Shown: positions 57,734 to 64,000 of the stretch, piece after piece
How positions within the stretch are numbered: position 1 is the stretch's first letter
How the letters are laid out: every line of letters begins with the position of its first letter
Origin: Fervidicoccaceae archaeon
GTDB lineage: Archaea; Thermoproteota; Thermoprotei_A; Sulfolobales; Fervidicoccaceae
NCBI GenBank assembly: GCA_038734945.1
Contig: JAVYOA010000009.1
Location: 434,001-498,000 of the forward strand
Direction of reading: 5' to 3'
Length of the DNA: 64,000 nt
Program-made: the position numbers and the translations under genes
Notes under the pieces: generated by a model
Databases searched by the model: none
The model's input: the letters and a program-made list of their open reading frames with translations, nothing else
What the model was told of the DNA's origin: nothing

Positions 57734-58968
57734 GCTCAATCTTATCCTTTCTCTCCTTCATAGCCATTTCCTTTAAGATGGCTGCTAGGACTCTGGGACA
57801 GAGGAAAATTAGAAGTGTTTTGACAATAATGGGAATCTTGATTGGACCAGCCGTAATAATAACAATAGGTGCAGTTGTAGGAGGATATTCGCAATATATA
57901 ATAAATCAAGTCACAAGTCTCGGACAGAATAACATTATGATTTCTCCTGCTTCAGACTACACTCTAACGAATGATGACCTGAACTACATAAAGTCATTAC
58001 CAAATGTGGAAGATGCTGAGCCTTACTATCTCCTTCAGGCAGTGGTTAAGAGAGGAGACAAGGACATGCAGATATACATTTACTGCACTGATGTGGATTT
58101 CATTCTCAAATCCATAGGTGGGATTAAGATAAAGAGCGGAGAAGCACCACTTCCCAGCGATACACTAGGAGGGCTTATTGGATACAAAATTGCTTACGAT
58201 GACAATGGGAACTTGCTCCATGGTGTTGGAGATGTTGTTTCAATAAAATACTATGCTTCAGTTAGCAGGGGAATACCTCAATACAAGACCACAAATATAA
58301 TAGTTAGGGGGATTCTCGATGAGTATGGAGGTGCCCTCTTCTTCAGCCCTGACCAAACCATAGTTATGCCCCTGGATGCTGGTCAGAAGATCTTTGGAAT
58401 GAAAAGCTGGTCGGGCATCTTAGTCAGGATGAGCGATCCTGCATATGTGAAGGACTTTGTAAATACTATAAAAAATACCTATGGAGACAAAGTATCTGTT
58501 ATCTCCTTCAGCGCAATTGCTGATGTGGTCTCGAGCATTACAGCAGCAGTTAATTACGTCAATTATGTGGCCTCTCTTTCAGCAGTTGCCGTCGCTATAG
58601 CTGGAACAACTGCGACTATGGTCACTTCTGTTATTGAGAGAACCAGAGAAATTGGTGTGATGAAAGCACTTGGCTATACAAACAGAAGAATAGTCATTAT
58701 AGTGCTTACTGAGTCTCTCCTGATGAGCTTGGTAGCAGCAACTTCGGGAATATTGCTCGGAGTAGCCGGAGCTCTCTATCTTGGAAGAGGCGGAATGACA
58801 ATAAGGGCTGGAACAAGCACAATTGTATTGGCTGCTAGCCCTGTATTTACGCTTAATCTCATTTCCTCGGCTCTTCTGCTAACAATTATGGTAGGTGTGA
58901 TTGGTGGGCTTCTACCTGCATATATGGCAGCTAAAATCCCTCCAGCTGTTGCTCTCAGATACGAGTAA
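57730..58968 (+). CDS. ABC transporter permease (MacB/FtsX family)
   Basis: RSVLTIMGI.IG, SVIERTREIGVMKALG, PA..AAKIPP..ALRYE. Confidence 0.92.
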   Translation: MSSILSFLSFIAISFKMAARTLGQRKIRSVLTIMGILIGPAVIITIGAVVGGYSQYIINQVTSLGQNNIMISPASDYTLTNDDLNYIKSLPNVEDAEPYYLLQAVVKRGDKDMQIYIYCTDVDFILKSIGGIKIKSGEAPLPSDTLGGLIGYKIAYDDNGNLLHGVGDVVSIKYYASVSRGIPQYKTTNIIVRGILDEYGGALFFSPDQTIVMPLDAGQKIFGMKSWSGILVRMSDPAYVKDFVNTIKNTYGDKVSVISFSAIADVVSSITAAVNYVNYVASLSAVAVAIAGTTATMVTSVIERTREIGVMKALGYTNRRIVIIVLTESLLMSLVAATSGILLGVAGALYLGRGGMTIRAGTSTIVLAASPVFTLNLISSALLLTIMVGVIGGLLPAYMAAKIPPAVALRYE

Positions 58969-59797
58969 TTTCCTGTTTGTTCAGCTCCTCATTCAGAATC
59001 CTCAACATATCTCTGTCAGTAAAAAGACCAACATTCCCATCGTTGTCTCTCACGAAAACAGCCCCCATTCTTTCAGCCGCTAGGATTGAGGCAACTTCCC
59101 TCATGCTGTAGGAACAGTCCAAAGTCCATGGATTTTCGGCTATTAGTTTGACTTTCTCCTCTATTGGGCTTCTGCTTCCTTTCAGAAGTTCCCTCATCGA
59201 TGTTTCCGAAGTAATATGATATAGAACTTTAAGCAATGAAACAATGCCATATATAGACCCATTTTCAACTACTACTAGATGTCTTATGCCGGAGGTCAGC
59301 ATAACTCCTACGGCAGCTAGTATCTCTTCTTCAGCTTCAATTGTTATTAGTTTCCATGTTGCTTTCCCGCATATGTTCCCTTGAGAAAAATCACTTACGG
59401 CTCTTATGAGATTTCTTTCCTCGATGGCTCCAATTATTTTCCCTTCCTCATCTAATATCGGTAAAAATCCGATGTTTCTCTCCATCATCAAATTTACTGA
59501 CTCCTTGAGAGAGGTGGATGGAGATACACTTACTATGGGCCTGCTAGCATAAAGCTTTGCGGAGCTCTCAAGAATTTTTCCAAGATAGCCAAGCTCAATT
59601 AGCTCTATTCCTTCTTCCCCTTCTATGAATATTGCCTTAGCTATGTCTCTTATACTGAGGACTCCCCATGGCTTCGAAGAGTCGTCAACCAAAATTGCAT
59701 GATTTCTATTCCTTCTGAGAATTTCTCTGGAAGCTCTAAGGAGACTCTCATTGAAATTCAGAACCACTGGTTTCATATCAGCATATGGAAGTATCAA
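58955..59797 (-). CDS. CBS-domain protein (four CBS domains)
   Basis: GVLSIRDI, GAIEERNL, GIVSLLKV, GLFTDRDM. Confidence 0.85.
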   Translation of the reverse strand: MILPYADMKPVVLNFNESLLRASREILRRNRNHAILVDDSSKPWGVLSIRDIAKAIFIEGEEGIELIELGYLGKILESSAKLYASRPIVSVSPSTSLKESVNLMMERNIGFLPILDEEGKIIGAIEERNLIRAVSDFSQGNICGKATWKLITIEAEEEILAAVGVMLTSGIRHLVVVENGSIYGIVSLLKVLYHITSETSMRELLKGSRSPIEEKVKLIAENPWTLDCSYSMREVASILAAERMGAVFVRDNDGNVGLFTDRDMLRILNEELNKQEITRI

Positions 59798-59903
59798 TTA
59801 AGACACCATTATAATTAAGGTTCGAGGTTCCTTATATCTGCTCTTATTTTCATCTAAGAAGTAAGAGCGCTGACCTTGAAGAAATGCTTGTGAATGAAAA
59901 AGC

Positions 59904-61865
59904 TCAGATCCTCTCGGGAGCATCTATTCCAAGAATCGAGAGGGACGATTTTAAAATTGTTCTGATTGATTCCACTGCATAGAGCTTCATTATTCTCATG
60001 CATTCTTCGCCTTCACTCAGAACTGGAACAGTATCATACCACTTGTTGAATAGCTGAGATAGTTCCCCTAAATAATTAACAAGAATCTCTGGCCTGAGCT
60101 CTTTCGATGCTTTGTAAATTATATAGGGAAAGGCGGAGGCCTTTTTTATAAGTTTCCAGGTATATTGATCTGTTTCCTTGGAGCAGATTTCTCCTTCTAC
60201 ATATGTGAAGTTTGCTCTTTTCAGAAGGCTGTTAGCTCTAGCATAAGTATATTGCAAATATGGTCCTGTGTTTCTCTCAAAATTTATTATTTCCTCCAGC
60301 TTCAGGATAATTGGCTTGTCCGGTGATATGCTAACTAGGGAGTGTCTAACTGCCCCCCTCCCTATCTTCATCGATGTAGTTTTTGCTTCATCATCTGGCA
60401 TATCTCTGTTCCTCTTTTTGATTTCCAGGGAGGCAACTTCCTCGGCTTTCTCTAAAAGCTCATCCAGAGTTATGTACTTACCCCTTCTCCCGCTCATCTT
60501 AAAGCCGTACAGATTTACCATTTCATAGGAATAGTGAATGAGCTTCCTTGCATATTCCTTGTATCCCAATGCGAATAGAGCCAACCTTATTTGCGCCTGT
60601 GGAAGCATTTGCTCTTTTCCAACAACGTTTATAACATAATCAGCAGCTGTTTCCCTGAATTTTCTAATTGAGTATGCTATATCTCTGGTTGTGTAGAGAG
60701 TTGTTCCATCGCTTCTCCTCAACACCAGTGGAGGTATTTCCATATCTTTGGGAATTCTCAGCTTTTCCCTCAACTCATCGGTGAGAATTGGCGAGAAATC
60801 TAAGCTCTCTGTCCCTTTGCTTAGCGAGAAAATGGGTGAACTCCTTGCCTTTGCCAGGATCTCGCTGACTTCTCCACTCCATATTAGATCGCTCTCCCAA
60901 TCCCAATTATTGAACTCCACATTTATCTTGCTCAGCGTTTCCTTGAATCCTTGAAGAACTCTTTCGATTATGCTCCTATACATTTCAGCAGTTTTCTTGT
61001 CTCCATATTCATAAAGAATTGATATTTTTGAAATTTCCTCTTCGGGATTCTTGTCTTTCAGTATTTTTTCTGAGAGCTGTTCAAAAACATCTGGAATGCT
61101 TTCTCTTAGTCTAAATATTTCAGCAACCAATTCATCCTGCTTCGCAATCAATTCTCTGTATCTCTCATCACTAGCAGCTCTGATTTCGTTTTTAATTGTA
61201 TTTAGCTCCAAAAGTAAGTTTGTGAGGGCATAGATTTTGCCAATCCAATGGTCAATTTTCCATCCTTTGGAGAGCTCCTCTATGCTTCTCCCATCCTCAA
61301 CCAGTTTCGATAAACCATAAATTAATACTGCTACCTGCCTTCCCACATCGTCTACATAGAACCTTGTTTCAACGTTCAGGCCGTAAAATTTGAGAAGTCT
61401 TGCTAAGGTATCGCCAAGGCAGGAATTCCTAGCATGTCCCAAATGCAGGGGATGAACCGGATTAGCACTTGTATGCTCTACAACTACTTTCAGCTTCACT
61501 GTTTCGTGCTTACCATATGATTCCCTCATTCTCCCATATTCCTTGAAGAATTCCTTCATATACTTCGTTCTATCTAGCTTTAAATTCAAATACCCAGAAA
61601 ATATTTGGACATCGGCATCAATCCCCGTTTCTTCTCTAATTTTTCCCGAGATATCAGTTGCGATTTTAAGCTGAATTTCACTTGGAATTCTCTCTCTCGA
61701 GAGAGGATAGGAAAAGTCTGCATCTATATTTTCGGGCGGCTCAGAGATCAAATATTCTCTATCTATGCTCGACGGAGGCAATCTTTCATTCAGTGTTCTC
61801 TTTATAATGTCTATTACTTTTACATAGATGTAATCTTGAAGCGGCTTGAGCTCAGTGAGAGTCAT
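59904..61865 (-). CDS. argS: Arginine--tRNA ligase
   Basis: EHTSANPVHPLHLGHARN, RSDGTTLYTTRDIAY, MSGRRG, GPYLQYTYARA. Confidence 0.97.
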   Translation of the reverse strand: MTLTELKPLQDYIYVKVIDIIKRTLNERLPPSSIDREYLISEPPENIDADFSYPLSRERIPSEIQLKIATDISGKIREETGIDADVQIFSGYLNLKLDRTKYMKEFFKEYGRMRESYGKHETVKLKVVVEHTSANPVHPLHLGHARNSCLGDTLARLLKFYGLNVETRFYVDDVGRQVAVLIYGLSKLVEDGRSIEELSKGWKIDHWIGKIYALTNLLLELNTIKNEIRAASDERYRELIAKQDELVAEIFRLRESIPDVFEQLSEKILKDKNPEEEISKISILYEYGDKKTAEMYRSIIERVLQGFKETLSKINVEFNNWDWESDLIWSGEVSEILAKARSSPIFSLSKGTESLDFSPILTDELREKLRIPKDMEIPPLVLRRSDGTTLYTTRDIAYSIRKFRETAADYVINVVGKEQMLPQAQIRLALFALGYKEYARKLIHYSYEMVNLYGFKMSGRRGKYITLDELLEKAEEVASLEIKKRNRDMPDDEAKTTSMKIGRGAVRHSLVSISPDKPIILKLEEIINFERNTGPYLQYTYARANSLLKRANFTYVEGEICSKETDQYTWKLIKKASAFPYIIYKASKELRPEILVNYLGELSQLFNKWYDTVPVLSEGEECMRIMKLYAVESIRTILKSSLSILGIDAPERI

Positions 61866-61978
61866 GATTTTAACTACCCAAGAATTCTTGAGTTCTTAAC
61901 CATTTTTAATTTCTCCATAAGATATGTGATAGGTTCGATTTGGAAAATCGCACTTTACTTCAATTTTGAATGAAGCTA

Positions 61979-62815
61979 TTATTCCATTTCTCCTGATTCT
62001 ATTCCCCCCTCCCTCCTAGCAACTTTGAACAGTTTATTATGATAGACTATCACTCCTTTATCAGTGATTTCCATTGGATGCCTCCTCATGTCATGAGCTG
62101 TCCCTCTCATTTTCCAGACTATTATAGACCTATATAGCTGACCGTCAATTTCATCCAAATCAAGCCTAACGATGCCATCAACTGCATGCTCAACACCAGG
62201 ACCTCCAAAGCCCCTCTCTGTCACGCTTACCTGCGAAACTATTAAGCTGGTAGTACCCATGCCAGCTAGAACTCTTTTTATAAGAAGAAGGGTGCTCCTA
62301 GCCATTGCTGGCTTCGAGAGATAGAGAGTTGATACAGAATCAATGGAGACTCTCTTGGCGTCCACATCTTTTATGGCAGCTCTCAGGACATCGATTAGCT
62401 CTCCCACATCGTCTGCGGTCTTCACTATATATTTTTCCCTTTTAGCAGCCTCTCCAATACCAGATGTAAAAGCATCTACTAAAGCAAACTTTCCCTCTTC
62501 CTCGTATTTTCTGACATCCCAACCGAAAGACATCATTGCTTTTCTTATTTGTACTGGATGCTCTTCCAGCGCTACAAATACTCCCGGCTCACCTATTGAG
62601 AGGCCGTAGAAAATGTACTGCTGAGAGAATATGGTCTTTCCAGTTCCTGGTCCTCCTGTCAGCAGAACAACGTTTTTCTCAGGGATTCCTCCATAGAGGA
62701 GCTCATCAAAGCCAGGAATCCCCGTTTTTACCTTTTTTATTACAGATGACACGTCATTCACCTCTGAAATCCTTTCACCATCTTTCTCTTCTATCTCACT
62801 ATTAATCTTATCCAT
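61979..62815 (-). CDS. KaiC-like RecA-superfamily ATPase (single domain, PH0284-like)
   Basis: TGIPGFDE...[52 protein letters not shown]. Confidence 0.92.
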   Translation of the reverse strand: MDKINSEIEEKDGERISEVNDVSSVIKKVKTGIPGFDELLYGGIPEKNVVLLTGGPGTGKTIFSQQYIFYGLSIGEPGVFVALEEHPVQIRKAMMSFGWDVRKYEEEGKFALVDAFTSGIGEAAKREKYIVKTADDVGELIDVLRAAIKDVDAKRVSIDSVSTLYLSKPAMARSTLLLIKRVLAGMGTTSLIVSQVSVTERGFGGPGVEHAVDGIVRLDLDEIDGQLYRSIIVWKMRGTAHDMRRHPMEITDKGVIVYHNKLFKVARREGGIESGEME

Positions 62816-62816
62816 A

Positions 62817-63299
62817 CTAAAGGATTAACTGTTGGACTTTACCTAAACGTTTTTCAAAGCAATTAACAATCTCTTCCAAGCGAAAATATTCACCGGCATT
62901 CTCAGAAATTAAAAAAAGGTGACCCCTTGCTTTTGAGTCAGATGAGCCAAATTTTTCCACAACTTCTTCAGCAGCTGATTCTATGCATTTACTAGCTTCA
63001 TATTCCTTTCCCCTGCTCTGCGAGCATATCCAAATGAGCTCTATTGGATTGAAAAAATCTTTTGAGGTCAAGTAATCAATATGCCATCGAATTTTCTTGT
63101 TTCTTGAAAGATGCCTGGCGACTCTTTGAGCTATTCCTTTTCGGAGAAAAGAAGATCCAATGTATCCATACACGCCTGCTTTTAAGCTCAAAGTTCCAAG
63201 ACTTCCTACTTGGATATCAACATTTTTTTCTAGCCGGAAAATGAGAAAATAGTAGCCAGTGCATGTTATGCTAGGAGCTCCAAAGCTCAACTTTCGCAT
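62817..63299 (-). CDS. DUF123 / GIY-YIG-like nuclease
   Basis: G.Y.YIGS, R..RH, WHIDYL, FGSSD...GHL. Confidence 0.82.
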   Translation of the reverse strand: MRKLSFGAPSITCTGYYFLIFRLEKNVDIQVGSLGTLSLKAGVYGYIGSSFLRKGIAQRVARHLSRNKKIRWHIDYLTSKDFFNPIELIWICSQSRGKEYEASKCIESAAEEVVEKFGSSDSKARGHLFLISENAGEYFRLEEIVNCFEKRLGKVQQLIL

Positions 63300-63823
63300 T
63301 TTACTATATCAGCCTTCTCTCCAGTTATTCCATTTATAGCCAGCTGAATAGCATAAAGTGAGCTGCTTATCCTGTTCATTAGGGAAAGGACAAGCTGCTC
63401 CTCTCCAATCGGTTCTTTTCTCTCTATTAATTCAACAAGCCTTCTCTCCGCTCTCCTGACAAGAGTTCTGGCTAAGCTTACAGCAGCTGCTGCTGGATGC
63501 CCGCCGTTTAAGACAAATTGATTTCCAACATAGCTAGAATAAGAGTCGGCGATCTCCTCAAGTTTTTTGAGATCGTCTTGCGAAATGCATTTTTTTCCTG
63601 AAACTGTGAATCCTATTCTGAACAGCAAGGCTTGAATCCAGTTGAGCTTTTCTCTCAGAGATTGAAGCTCATTTGGAATAATGCTGCTGGCCAGCCCAAG
63701 AGCTGCTTCGGCCTCATCCAAGCTTCCCATGAACTCGATAAATGGATGGCTCTTTGGTATGAATTCCAGATACTTCAAACAGAATGTCTTCCCGCTATCT
63801 CCCTTTTTTGTGTAGAATTTCAT
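63287..63823 (-). CDS. Cob(I)alamin adenosyltransferase (PduO type)
   Basis: YTKKGDSGKT, GSLDE, ARTLVRRAER, NRISS. Confidence 0.85.
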   Translation of the reverse strand: MKFYTKKGDSGKTFCLKYLEFIPKSHPFIEFMGSLDEAEAALGLASSIIPNELQSLREKLNWIQALLFRIGFTVSGKKCISQDDLKKLEEIADSYSSYVGNQFVLNGGHPAAAAVSLARTLVRRAERRLVELIERKEPIGEEQLVLSLMNRISSSLYAIQLAINGITGEKADIVKCES

Positions 63824-63942
63824 GGAATTTCTACCAAAGAGATCGATCTGATTTTCGTGTTTTTATTAATTGGTGCATGTTTTTATACTCATTTTTGAGT
63901 AATTACTTTTAAATATTGTTTTCCCTTTTTTAATTTAGTGTG

Positions 63943-64000
63943 ATGAAGTTGAGCAGGAAAATAACATACATTGAAGCTGTAATGATGGGCATAGGAGGAA
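63943..64000 (+). CDS. Start of a probable APC-family amino-acid permease (truncated by window end)
   Basis: ATG 63943 gives MKLSRKITYIEAVMMGIGG..., resembling the TM1 of APC permeases; only 19 codons are visible. Confidence 0.5.
   Translation, partial: MKLSRKITYIEAVMMGIGG

Noticed and set aside
63939..64000. GTGATGA as a C box of an sRNA
   Set aside because: Better explained as the ATG start of a permease-like ORF; no D box at suitable spacing is visible.
1..64000. tRNA, rRNA, CRISPR array, transposase/integrase or recognisable defence system
   Set aside because: I found no cloverleaf or T-loop signatures, long GC-rich RNA genes, regularly spaced repeats or recombinase motifs by eye.

Overview
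This is a gene-dense, moderately AT-rich chromosomal window from a thermophilic archaeon of the Thermoproteota (crenarchaea). The evidence is an archaeal-type SAM synthetase next to an Sm protein, ATP-dependent DNA ligase, Taw1, an Lrs14-type regulator, DUF2258, GGTGA Shine-Dalgarno motifs and frequent TTG starts. A Fervidicoccales/Desulfurococcales-like organism is my inference only. Most content is housekeeping: RqcH/NFACT, an oligopeptide ABC transporter, an HMG-CoA synthase/thiolase/DUF35 cluster, pyruvate kinase tail-to-tail with PPDK, a ThiW ECF transporter, CoA-disulfide reductase, Hsp20, a MacB-type ABC system with a large exported protein, ArgRS and a KaiC-like ATPase. I see no rRNA, tRNA, CRISPR array or mobile element. 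Five things go beyond the ORF track. (1) Five stand-alone CBS-domain genes lie in tandem directly downstream of rqcH, with a perfect 9-2-9 palindrome in the internal promoter; this is a candidate split adenylate-sensing or ribosome-hibernation system. (2) Four genes have conserved N-terminal motifs that can only be translated from non-canonical starts (ATT, CTG or ATA, ATA, ATA), each at normal SD spacing. (3) Three box C/D sRNA genes are present, one overlapping the pyruvate kinase start. (4) The thiolase of the mevalonate cluster has no cysteine and looks catalytically dead. (5) A 59-aa CC1/DUF5679-like basic protein was missed by the ORF track. All family assignments and rRNA target sequences come from recalled motifs, not database searches.
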